This document shows, in pieces, positions 1-11,010 of a stretch of DNA of 64,000 nt (its first letter is position 1; the number at the start of each line of letters is the position of its first letter). The notes below the pieces were generated by a model. The model was not told where the DNA came from. It did no database searches and saw only the letters and a list, made by a program, of their open reading frames with translations. A program made the position numbers and the translations under genes. Source of the stretch: Azolla caroliniana (Eukaryota; Plantae; Polypodiophyta); NCBI GenBank assembly GCA_043228905.1, contig JBHGNT010000003.1:21824001-21888000 (forward strand), given 5' to 3'.

Positions 1-2790
1 GAACCAGGAGGCCCTCCTCCATACTGATGTGAATCATTCTCGCCCACAGATACTGGTTGTGGAATTGGCATTGGATATGAGTATGGTGGTTGTGCTGGCG
101 GCGGTGGTGCAGCCCCACCCATCACCAGAGATGGATCCATTGCCATCCAAGGTGATGATGATGATCGAAGACGTTGTTGCAGTTGGTTCTGCAACCTCTC
201 TGTCTCATTCTTCAAAGTTGTCCTCTCCTCTCGGAGTTCATTCTTCTCTTGTGTGAGCTGTAAATTACAAGACAAGCCAAGCCAAGCATTACTAAATGTT
301 GCACTGTCTGAGTAAGTGTGTCTTTGGTGTGAATGTACAGGTACAGGTACATGTATAGTACAGGTATATGTATGTGTACAAGTTCACTCTTCTCTTGTGT
401 GAGCTGTAAATTACAAGACAACCCAAGCATTCACTAAATGTTGCACTGTCTGAGTAAGTGTGTCTTTGGTGTGAATGTACAGGTACAGGTAGAGGTATAG
501 CACAGGTATATGTATGTGTACAAGTTCACTCTTCTCTTGTGTGAGCTGTAAATTACAAGACAACCCAAGCATTCACTAAATGTTGCACTGTCTGAGTAAG
601 TGTGTCTTTGGTGTGTATGTATAGGTACAGGTATAGATATAGTACAGGTATATGTAAATATACATATACATATACATATACGTGTATATGTATATGCATA
701 TGTATATATGTAGATGTATGTATATGTATACGTATATGTATATGCATATAAACGAACATTGAGTTTCTACACCAGCAATATAATGTGTTACAAAAAAGAT
801 ATAAGGATAAATGTATGTGCATGCATGTCTATAAAAACAAAGATGCTGCATACATCAGTAGATTCATCCAGTAGAGAAGAATGCTCTGTCTTCAACCTCT
901 TCACCTCATCCCGAAGCTCCTTGACAACCTGAATACTTTCTCCTAGGATCGTTGCTTTATCATTTTTGGGTCTATCTGGATCTGAAGAGCATAGGGTAAG
1001 GACTTGGAGCATGTTCCATTATAGAGAAAACAGTACAGGAACCCTCAACTCTTACCTAATGCCTTTGCAAGTTCTGAAAATTGTTCATTCAACTTATCCC
1101 TTCTCAGCTTCTCACGATCAGCTTTGTGCATCCGCCTAGCAGACATTCGATCGTCGGCACCTTGACTTCCAGCATTATGACTGTCCACATGGCAAATTCC
1201 ACAATTTTAAGACACTAAAAATTTTGTTTACACCAACACTAACAATATGCAAATTGACAAACGTAATAAATAAAAGATAATAAAAGAATTGACAAACATG
1301 ATGGTGTAGGAAATCCAAATCTAAGCATATACATAGACATAGACATATAAGAAAAGAACCAAATAACCTGATGAGGTTCCAATCGACCACATCTAAGAGG
1401 CAAAAAATATGGTTCAATCCATAGAACCACAATATAAACATGAAAAGGTATATTGAATATCAAGTTATGTCATATAAGAGCTTCTGCTTCCTCAACATTC
1501 ATGTGATACAAGCACCATGAATCAATGTCATAATCATTTGTCTCTGTGATAGTTTTGCAGGCTTCCTATCATCAAAAACAATTTGAATTAAGCTAGTTTT
1601 CCTCCTCGTTTTCATGCACATCGTGAGATGCTACCTCAGATTTTTTCTTCATTATTTTTTTAGATGATTTCACTTCAACATAGTACGTAGTAATAAGTCT
1701 AAGGACTAAGCCTTAGATTCTTTCACCTTAGTTATGTTGGGAGATACTTGCATATACAAAATGACACTTCTTTGCATCTGATCATTCTAAGATTCCAATT
1801 CCAAGGATGTCGGTCATTGCACATACATCCATGCAATTTTCTTTACTTGGGACCAGTAGTCTTTCATCCACGTTTTAAAAACAACATGGTTCAAAATGTA
1901 TCTATGAACCCAAAGTCATGACCATTTTTGGCAAGCTCTTTGCTTCAATACATGAAAATCTGCTGCACAGAGCCCTCTGTCTCACCACAATTGCAAATTT
2001 GATAGTTTGTGATCAACCCAGTGATTGTTTTGAAAATGTAAGACAAATAAACTCTAATTCATAACAAAACAAAAAAAACAAATGCTAACTTGATCATTTA
2101 TGCTCAACAAATAATTCACTTGCAGTTGTAAGATTAAAGAAACCTCAATCTATCCTCAACAAAATGATTCTTGAAAGATGTAACACTGATCCATGGCACC
2201 ACAAAAATCAGCATGGGATGAAAAGGGTCTCTCTGTGTGTGCTTAAACTACATGACACCATATATCCCTTCCTGGTTTCAACTCTTACTTCCACACATCT
2301 TTGCTACACCATATATCACTTCACCTAAACTACATGACACATCGGTTAATCGAATTAACATCCTCACAGTCTCCAAAAGGTTGACACAGCCATCTCAACT
2401 GTGGCATCAAAATCCATCTCATGGTTACACAATTGCATTAAAAGCCATAAAATTCAGAGAACCAAATTTCAATCATTTCCATGAGCTTTGAACTGTCCCA
2501 TGGATAGTATTCCAATTTCTGATGGCAGTTAATCAAATACCTACAATCTCTCTCTCTCTCTCTCTCACTCATATGCATATGCGATAATCAATGGAAGCTT
2601 TATTTTCCCATTACCCAAGAGTCGCAGCAGCAGTGGCGGCAGAGGAGGACAGATCCACTGTGCTGCTGTTGAGTTGTTGCTGAGGATGATGTTGATGATG
2701 GTGCTGTTGTGAATGTTGCTGTTGCTGTTGCTGTTGAAGAACGTCAGGGAAGTCTGTCAGGAAGGAGTGATGCCATGGGCCATGGGCCAT
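1..2790 (-). CDS. bHLH transcription factor, subgroup IVb (bHLH121/URI- or bHLH11-like); exons 2790-2615, 1180-1056, 981-854, 257-<1; 3' end outside window
   Basis: GT-AG junctions keep frame and give HKADREKLRRDKLNEQFSELAKAL/DPDRPKNDKATILGESIQVVKELRDEVKRLKTEHSSLLDESTD/LTQEKNELREERTTLKNETERLQNQLQQRLR...PW, the bHLH-zipper signature of subgroup IVb iron-homeostasis factors. N-terminus is Q/H-rich. Confidence 0.9.
235..655. repeat. Tandem triplication (~142-146 bp unit) of the intron 3 acceptor plus the first 24 nt of bHLH exon 4
   Basis: Unit starting agttca(t/c)tcttctcttgtgtgagctgtaaattacaagacaa at 235, 381 and 523. Minus-strand acceptor CAGs at 260-258, 406-404 and 548-546. Confidence 0.92.
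655..750. repeat. Compound (TA/TG/CA) microsatellite in bHLH intron 3
   Basis: tatacatatacat...tatgtatatg low-complexity run; source of spurious YIYI/VYVY ORFs. Confidence 0.85.
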
Positions 2791-3026
2791 GGCAACAACA
2801 CCATCAGCAAACCTCAACCCTGTCTCTTTTCAGACTGAAAGGGAACAAGAAAAGAAGGAAAGGTTAGAATTCCCTTCTTTCTTGCTCTTTTTCTTCGTCT
2901 GCAATTCCTTACTCTGTACTACACACACAGACTACTTCCTGCTCCTCCTTTTGCTTTCCTTGCTTTTCCCCCGGCCCTGCTCTGTTCTGCTCTTTTTTCC
3001 CTTTCCTTTTTCTCTATCCTTTTCTC

Positions 3027-3070
3027 TTCTTTCTTCTTCTTCTTCTTCTTCTTCTTCTTCTTCTTTCTTC
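3027..3070. repeat. (TCT)n microsatellite in the bHLH 5' region
   Basis: Direct reading. Confidence 0.9.
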
Positions 3071-3134
3071 ACCCAATCCAAAAGAGCAGCAAGAAGGTGT
3101 CTTATGGCCAAGTAAAAAAGTGACACAACTCGGA

Positions 3135-3710
3135 CGATTGTTAGTCGCCAATCAATTAGCTAGATGATGATTCTTTGCCCCGCCTGCTACATATCTCTCG
3201 TCATCGATTGATCGGCTATATGTGATGATTCTATCTCTCGTCGTCAATCAATTGGCTAGATTACGCTTCGCTAGATATCACTCATCGCCAATTGATCAGC
3301 TCGATGATGATTCGTTGCCTCACTTTACTATATCTCTCTCGTCATCGTTCGATTGGCTAGATGACGATTCGTTGCCCCGCCTGCTAGATATCCCTCATCA
3401 TCAATCGCTCGACTAGATGATGATTTTGCCCCACCTGCTAGATATCTCTTGTCGTCGATCCTTACCCCGCCCGCCTCTTAGATATCTGTTGTCGTTAATC
3501 GATTGGCTAGATGAGGATTCGTTACCCCGCATGTTGAATATCTCTCGTGTTGAATCGATCGGCTTAGATGATGATTCATTACCCCGCATGTTGAATATCT
3601 CTCATCGTCAATAGATTGGCTTATTGATTGAATTGTTGCCCTGCCCCACGTGCTGGATATCTCTCGTCATCAATAGATTTGACTTATTGATGATTTGTTG
3701 CCCTCACGTT
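3135..3710. repeat. Degenerate ~56-bp minisatellite, about 10 copies, upstream of the bHLH gene
   Basis: Consensus approximately gctagatgatgattcgttgccccgcctgctagatatctctcgtcatcaatcgattg; ctag-atga cores at 3357 and 3413 give a period of 56. Confidence 0.85.
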
Positions 3711-4792
3711 GGTTATTGTGGTACACTGCTGTTGTTGTATCCTCGAATTGATTTCTAAGGGTTGGGAATGAAATTATGGATTTGTGTTTATTTACACTCA
3801 CTCGGGTTTCTTATTTGAAATTAGTTGGGATTGAACACTTTATGCATGGTAGAGATTTGGTAGAGAAAGTAAAAATGAAATTTGACATTAAACCATGTTA
3901 TTGGCGCAATTTTGAAACCTTGTGTAACTAAATGAGGTAAACCAAACGAAATGTTAGCAAGTAACACACGCCTTATCCTTTTTCATTCCCTAACAACACA
4001 TCCATGGAGAGATGACACAATGCATTCTATTCTCCATATCACTTGTTACATATATGGATTCAGTTAATTTCCTTGGGAGAAACATTAGCTCAATGGCATG
4101 GTATCTTTAGGCCACAACTTAAAGTAAACATCAAAACTTATTAAAACTCAAAGAAAGGTAAACGATGAAGTAGAACCATGCTTTTTCACTTTACAAAATC
4201 AAAGGATGCACAAAATATTAATTGATTTTATTGCCATATAACTTAGATCATATAATCTCTTTGTTTTGACAATCCTAGTTTGAAAAGTTATTGTAAAACC
4301 TTTAGTTCAAGATAAAACATAGTAATTGAAAACTTTTCATTTATTTATTAGTGCCTTTGGCTTGAGGCAATTTTTAGTCTCTTGAGAAGAACAAGATAGT
4401 TGTGATTTCTCTATTAGAAAACATTTTTTCTTGAAAATATATCCTCCATTGGTATTAGATTTACAGTGGCCAAAGGCCTTATACAAAATAGTCCAATATT
4501 ACATATGACTGCAATCAATCTTCGTAGGTAAAGATAAGTAAGAAACACACGTAGCCAATCTTTAGAGACAAAGAAAATACAATGAAACCATATCCGTCTC
4601 CAAATGAACAAGGTGAATAGTCCAACCTCTAGAAAAAAACCCGGCAAAGTAGCCAACTTCTCAAAAGCACGCCTCCGCCTTTCACAAAAACATTCCTACA
4701 AAATCAACCAGCTTTAGAAATATTGGAATGTGATGAAATCTTGGAAGTCATTGGCTGGAGTCGAGCAATGTATTCCAATGTGTTGTTGTGTA

Positions 4793-4897
4793 ATAAAGTG
4801 TAATTTTTTGGACATAGGGGTAGTTTGGTAAATTTGGAACTTCCAGGGGCATTATGGTAAATAGACGAACTTCTAGGGGTATCTTGGTACTTTTCCC
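4793..4897. mobile_element. Single terminal inverted repeat of the Mutator-like MITE family seen at 7337-7649
   Basis: ...ggtagtttggtaaatttggaacttccaggggcattatggtaaatagacgaacttctaggggtatcttggtacttttccc closely matches the right arm at ~7545-7649. Confidence 0.8.
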
Positions 4898-7336
4898 AAA
4901 ATTGTAAAAGGGTGATGATAGAATTAAAATCTTTGAGCTTCAAAGCATGTACTCTCCCCGACCCTCAAGAATATGCTTCCAACTCCACACCAACACTCAT
5001 AAACCAAAAAAGAAAACGCTTATACTCTCCTCCTCCCCTCATGAAAGTATGCTTCAGCCCCCGGCAACCTCATCACTCATCCTTATTAAAGAGAGAGAAT
5101 ATGCTTCCTTTTCCCCATCCAACATGTCGCAAATTACCTCCAAAGTTCACATCAACCATCTCACTGTAGACCAACAAAGTCTTGTACATACCAATAACAT
5201 AATGACACTACTCTCTTGATCCCCTCATGAATTTTTGCTTCATCCCCCGACACCATCGTCACTCATCCTTGTCATTAGAAAACATTTTTGTAAACACAAT
5301 TGATCTTTTCTCATCTTGCTTTTCTTAAGATATAACCAATTGCTTCATAAAGCTTGGATTGAACCATTTATTGTAAAGCCTAAAATCAAGATTTAACAAT
5401 CGTTTCATCTTTTGCATTGAAACAATCAACGTTTGCTCAACATTGTTATGCTTTTTGGCACCCCTTCTCTTTAAGAGGGAATGGATCCTCATTTGAAATG
5501 ATGTTATTATACAACTTATATCTCATTTGCAAAAGGTTAGTCAACATAACTAGGGGACTCTCTGAAAAGGGATTGGATCCTACCAATAATTGCCTAAGCA
5601 TTGGAATGTTTCGATGTGGACATATGAACCATAATGAATTATTATGCGTCTTGCAATTTAATAAAATGGTTCTACAAGATCAATTTGTTTCTTTTGTGCA
5701 AACTTTCTTTCTATATATACCCACGTACCTTTGTAATTATTCCTCTAAATCGACTTTGTCTTGACTATATTCTTGTATAGTATATCTACTAAATCTGAAG
5801 TTGGGCATGTGTAGTAGTCACTTTCCATAGTGATCTTAAACTTTTCATCCACAATTGTTTGACCATAAATATGCATGTCCACTCTCATCCTTGAGATATG
5901 ATGCATGGAATTAGCCTTTGTTGCGGTTTATGTTACAAATTTCTCATTGTTATCCATCTAATTAGGCTACCTAATGGAGTTGGAGGTTTTTATATCTAGT
6001 ATGTCATTAGTTACCTTGGTACATAGAAATCTATGCATATAGTTGTAGCTCTCCATGTCTCCACCCACTTGAATACATTCACATGCATTCATGTCACCAA
6101 GGACAAGAACATCTTTCTTAATGTAAGTATGCTTGAAAAGATCGAGTCTTTACCATGTCCAAATAAGCATAAAAATTAGAACAGTAATGAGGAATGTATC
6201 GTCCACCTAGATAAGTACAAATCTCACTGGATGTCATTCTTACAATCATATGTGGAATTCAATTCTTGCTTAGGGTGCAAGATTTCGACGAGATGTGAGG
6301 CCAACTTAGTAATTCAACATTAAGAAGGGCATTTGGTCAAGTAGCATTAGCCTCGTTTAAGTTACAAGAGGTCCCGAGTTCAATTCGACATTTGGTCTAA
6401 TGGCATGATTCTCACTTAGGGTGCGAGATGTTCCAAGTTAAATTCTATAAATCTTTACTAACTTCGACGAAAGGTCTTTGTGTTCAGTTGTCAAAATGTG
6501 GCTAGTGGTATGATTCTCCCTTAAGCTATTAGAAGTCTCATGTTCAACTCTCGAAATGCCCCCACTTTACTAACTTTGACAAGAGGAATTTGAGTTTAGT
6601 TGTAAGATTGTGGCTAGTTTAGGAATTTAACCCACAACAAGGGTACAATACTCAAACTGTTAATAACATCATTTGGTCAATGTAATATTTGGTCTATAGG
6701 GAATTTGATCTATTGGTAGTATTCTTGCTTTGGGTGCGAGAGGTCCTGAGTTCAATTCTCGGAATCCCCTGCTTCATTGACCTTGATGAAAGGTCTTTGT
6801 ATTCGATTACCAAAATATGCCTAGTTTATTGATTTCAACAATGACAAGGGCATGAATGTTGACTAGGTGAGTTCAAGTCTCAGAATATGCCTAGTTTATT
6901 AATTTCAAGAATGACAAGAGCATGATACTCATAGTGTTGACAAGGGCATTTGGTCTACAAAGAGGTCCCAAGTTCAATCTCACTTTACTAACTTCAATAT
7001 AGAAAATTTACTATTACTAATTTTGATCTGACAAGAGTTGTTGTCGACCCCAAAATCTTTCAGTTAAGTTGTGTGAATTCCCACAATTTCTAAAAGGGTT
7101 GTTGCTATCTTAAAAGAAGCAAATAACGACATTTTGAAGGGCATTTGATCTATTGACATGATTATCACTTAGAGTAGGAGAGGTCTCAAGTTCAATTCAC
7201 GGAATGTCGCCTCTTTACTAAATTCGACAAGAGCTCCTTGATTTCAACATGTGCCTAGTTTAGTAACATTACTAACTTCGATGAGACGTCTTTGAGTTCA
7301 ATTGTGAGAATGTGCCTAGTTGAGTAATTTAACAAA

Positions 7337-7649
7337 GGGAAAAGCACCAAGATACCCTTGGAAGTTCGTCTATTTACCAGAATGCCCCTGGAAGTTCCAA
7401 ATTTACCAAACTACCCCTATGTCCAAAAAAATACACTTTATAAAGTAAGTACAAAGGACCCAAAGAATCTCTTAAGTAAAGAAATTTGTGTTTTAAGGGT
7501 ATTATGGTAAATAGGGCTTGTAGATTTGAGTGTATAATTACTTTATAAAGTGTATTTTTTTGGATATAAGGGTAGTTTGGTAAATTTGGAACTTCCAAGG
7601 GCATTCTGGTAAATGGACGAACTTCCAGGGGTATCCTGGTACTTTTCCC
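7337..7649. mobile_element. Mutator-like (MULE) MITE, 313 bp, with ~110-bp TIRs and 9-bp TSD TTTAACAAA
   Basis: Begins GGGAAAAGCACCAAGATACCC and ends GGGTATCCTGGTACTTTTCCC. TTTAACAAA at 7328-7336 and 7650-7658. Removing it restores the tRNA-array spacer. Confidence 0.92.
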
Positions 7650-7751
7650 TTTAACAAATGACAAGGGCACAATACTTAAAATTTTGACAAGGGTACAAAT
7701 GACAAGGGCACAATACTTAAAATTTTGATTGGACAAGCGTACAAATGACAA

Positions 7752-7823
7752 GGGCATTTGGTCTAGTGGCATGATTCTTGCTTTGGGTGCAAGAGGTTCC
7801 AAGTTCAATTCTTGGAATGCCCC
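7752..7823 (+). tRNA. tRNA-Pro(TGG) copy with all stems paired; function uncertain
   Basis: GGGCATT/AATGCCC acceptor, CTTGC-TTTGGGT-GCAAG anticodon arm, CCAAG-TTCAATT-CTTGG T arm. C48 is changed to T, and only TTT follows (no T4+ terminator nearby). Confidence 0.6.
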
Positions 7824-9239
7824 CACTTTACAAAATTCAACGAGAGGAGTTTAATCATTAATGATAAGGGCATTTGTTCTAATGCCATTATTCTTGCTTT
7901 GGGTGTGAGAGGTCATGAGTTCAATTCTTAGAATGCCCTTACTTTATGAACTTCGACGAGAGGTCTTGGAGTTCAATTGTCAAAATGTGCGCACTGCGTA
8001 GTTTAGTAATTTAACTAACGACAAGGGCACAATACTCAAAATGTTGAGACCTTATCTAATATATGATATACAAGGGCATTTGGTCTAGTGCGAGAGGTCC
8101 CGAATTCAATTCTCGGAATTGTTCTAGTGTCATGATACACAAGGGCATTTGGTCTAGTGGCATAATTCTCGCATTGGGTTCCAATTTGAGGGGTATTTGG
8201 TGTAGTGGCATGATTCTTGCTTTGTCCCAAGTTCAATTCTCAGAATGCCCCAGCTTTACTACGATAGGTCTTTGAGTTCAGTTGTTAGAATGTGTATAGT
8301 CTTGTGATGTCAAAATAACAAGATAAACAAGGGCGTTTGGTCTAGTGGCACGATTCTCACTTAGGATGTGAGAAGTTAGGAGTTCAATTCTCGGACCTAG
8401 TTTAATACTTTACCCAGCGTCAAGGATACAATACTCGAGTGTATTTTCTAGAGTCACGATACAAGAAGGACATTTGGTGGTCTATTGCCATAATTCTCCC
8501 GAGTTCAATCCTCAAAATGGCCCCACAATACTAGCTTCCACGAGAGGTCTTTGAGTTCAATTGTCAAAATGTGGCTAGTTTAATAATTTACCCAATTCGA
8601 AGGGTAAGAAGTGTTTGTTCAAAAGGGCATTTGGTCTAGTGGCATGATTCTTGCTTTGGGTGTGAGAGGTCTCAAGTTCAATTCTCGGAATGCCCCCACT
8701 TTACAAACTTTGATGAAAGGTCTTTGAGTTCAATTGTCAAATTGTGCCTAGTTTAGTAATTTAACCAATGAGAAGGGCACAATATTGATAGACTATGTGT
8801 TTGTTCTAGTGTCACGATACACATGGATATTTGGTATTATTAGCACCCATAATACAAAGGGCTTTTGGTCTAGTGGCATGATTCTCGATTAGGGTGTGAG
8901 AGGTCCAGGAATGCCCCCATTTTGTGAACTTTGACAAGAGGTCTTTGAGTTCAATTGTCAAAATGTGCCTAGTTTAGTAATTTAACCAATGTCAAGGGTA
9001 CAATATTCAAAATACTGACAAGTGTTTGTTTCAGTGTCATGGTACACAAGGGCATTTGGTCTAGTGGCATAATTCTCACATTGGGTGTGAGATGTTAATT
9101 GTCAGAATTTGGTTTTTGATTTTAGTTCTCACATTAGGTTTTTGATTTTAGTTGTCAGAATTTGCCTAGGTTAATAATTCAACCAATCCCTTTGCTAACT
9201 TTGATGTGAGGTTTTTGGGTTTACTATTTGAATGTGATA

Positions 9240-10560
9240 GTTACATGGATCAAATGACCTGCCCAAGCTAGAGAACTCACTCCAAAAAGTCCGGAAAGTT
9301 GGTGGTTTAGGCAGGATCCCGCATTTTAAACCAAGAATTACCTTGTTTCCATTTCGGCTGCAAATGTAGCCAATCAGCTAGTAAGAATGCCGCAGAAATA
9401 GCTAGCAGGAAGATAGCTCCATTATAAAGATCTTGGTTATTGCGTAGACAAGAATCCATGTGGACTCCAAACATGAAGTTGTCTCATACAATACCATCTC
9501 ATCTATTCAATCCCAATTTTCAAATTTGTTATCACCTAGTCTATTGAAACGAACAGAAGGGGAGGAAATTGTTGCTCATGTACCTACAACGATTCAACTT
9601 ATTCCATTTGGAGCAGATTCCCCCAAATTGCTCCTGTGATCTTTTGGAGCGTAGACAAGAATCCATGTGGACTCCAAACATGAAGTTGTCTCATACAATA
9701 CCATCTCATCTATTCAATCCCAATTTTCAAATTTGTTATCACCTAGTCTATTGAAACGAACAGAAGGGGAGGAAATTGTTGCTCATGTACCTACAATGAT
9801 TCAACTTATTCCACTTGGAGCAGATTCCCCCAAATTGCTCCTGTGATCTTTTGGAGCTATGGTGCACTATTTCTTGATGTTAGTGTTTGATTTTGGTGCA
9901 TTTGACCTAAAATTCCAGCAAGTTAACCTCTTCATTGTGCAACTATGGCATCATCTATTTGAGATTCGATGATTTCAAGGAACGGGTTTTAACTTGTGGA
10001 AGGAGAAAATGCAAGGAATTCTCTTTTTGAAGGATTGTGATAGGGCATCAGACACAGAAAAACTAGAGAACTTGCCAGAAGATGCATGGCGAATTTTGAA
10101 CAAAAAGTTTGTCACATATATTAAGATGGTTGTTTTTTATGAGATTTTGGTAGATCTCAAAGGCTTGGTATCTATTTCCGAAATATGGGCTAAGTGGAAG
10201 ACTACATATGAAAACACTACACATGTTAATCAAGCACATCTGATGCGAAAGCTTGTTGGCTTGCAACTGGATGAGTCTAAGAGTGCAGCTGAACACTTGT
10301 CTATGTTTACAGGCACCTTATCACAACTGCAAGACTCAGGAATGGCTGCTTTTGATGACAAGCTCAGAGCCATTTTCTTGCTTATAACACTACTTGACTC
10401 ATGGGAGACATTGGTAGTCTTATTGTCTAATAACCCCAACTTCACCTTTGATGGTGTTAGGGGTTCCATACTCAATGAAGAGATCAGGAGAAAAGCAAGT
10501 GGAGAAGGTGGCAACTCAGCCAGCATGGTTAGAGGTAGGATAGATAAAAATAAAAACTTG
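9240..10560 (+). mobile_element. Truncated, degenerate Ty1/copia relic (leader plus gag) inside the tRNA-Pro array
   Basis: ATG at 9945, then frameshift/stop, then FQGTGFNLWKEKMQGIL...LMRKLVGLQLDE...DDKLRAIFLLITLLDSWETLVVLLSN...SILNEEIRRK (copia gag/UBN2-like). The ORF is cut off by the tRNA copy at 10565. Left boundary approximate. Confidence 0.8.
9442..9855. repeat. Near-identical 207-bp direct tandem duplication
   Basis: gcgtagacaagaatccatgtggactcc... at 9442 and 9649. Confidence 0.92.
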
Positions 10561-10564
10561 GTAA

Positions 10565-10636
10565 GGGCATTTGGTCTAGTGGCATGATTCTCACTTCGGG
10601 TGTGAGAGGTCCCGAGTTCAATTCTCAGAATGCCCC
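10565..10636 (+). tRNA. tRNA-Pro(CGG) copy with one T-stem mismatch
   Basis: CTCAC-TTCGGGT-GTGAG anticodon arm; T stem CCGAG/CTCAG has a C:A mismatch. Confidence 0.5.
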
Positions 10637-11010
10637 CACGTTAGGAACTTCGACAAGAGGCTAGAATGTGCCTAGTTTCATAATTTAACCAATGACAAGG
10701 GCACAATACTCTAGAGTTAACCAGAGTTTTGTTCTAACTTCACAATAGAAAGGGCATTTGGTCTAGTGGCATGATTATCACTTTGGGTGCAAGAGGTCCC
10801 TAGTTGAATTCTAGGAATGCCCTCACTTTATGAATTTTGACGAGAGGTCTTTGTGTTCAATTGTCAAAATGTGCTTGGTTTAGTAATTTACCCAATGCCA
10901 AGGGCACAATACTCAAAGTGTTTACAAGAGCGTTTGTTCTAGTGTCGCGATATAAGAAGAGCACTTGGTGGTCTATTGCCATAATTCTTGCTTTGGGTGG
11001 GAGAGGTCTT

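Noticed and set aside
7374-7826. 150-aa ORF (also 10837-11265 and 8063-8275)
   Set aside because: Chance frames running through the MITE, tRNA copies and LTR; no protein-like motifs.
7957-8140. Circularly permuted tRNA genes (3' half before 5' half in the spacers)
   Set aside because: The relic halves are too diverged to pair or supply an anticodon arm. Local duplication either side of a gene explains the order.
8697-8858. tRNA-snoRNA dicistron in the spacers
   Set aside because: No consistent C (RTGATGA) and D (CTGA) boxes or H/ACA structure across units.
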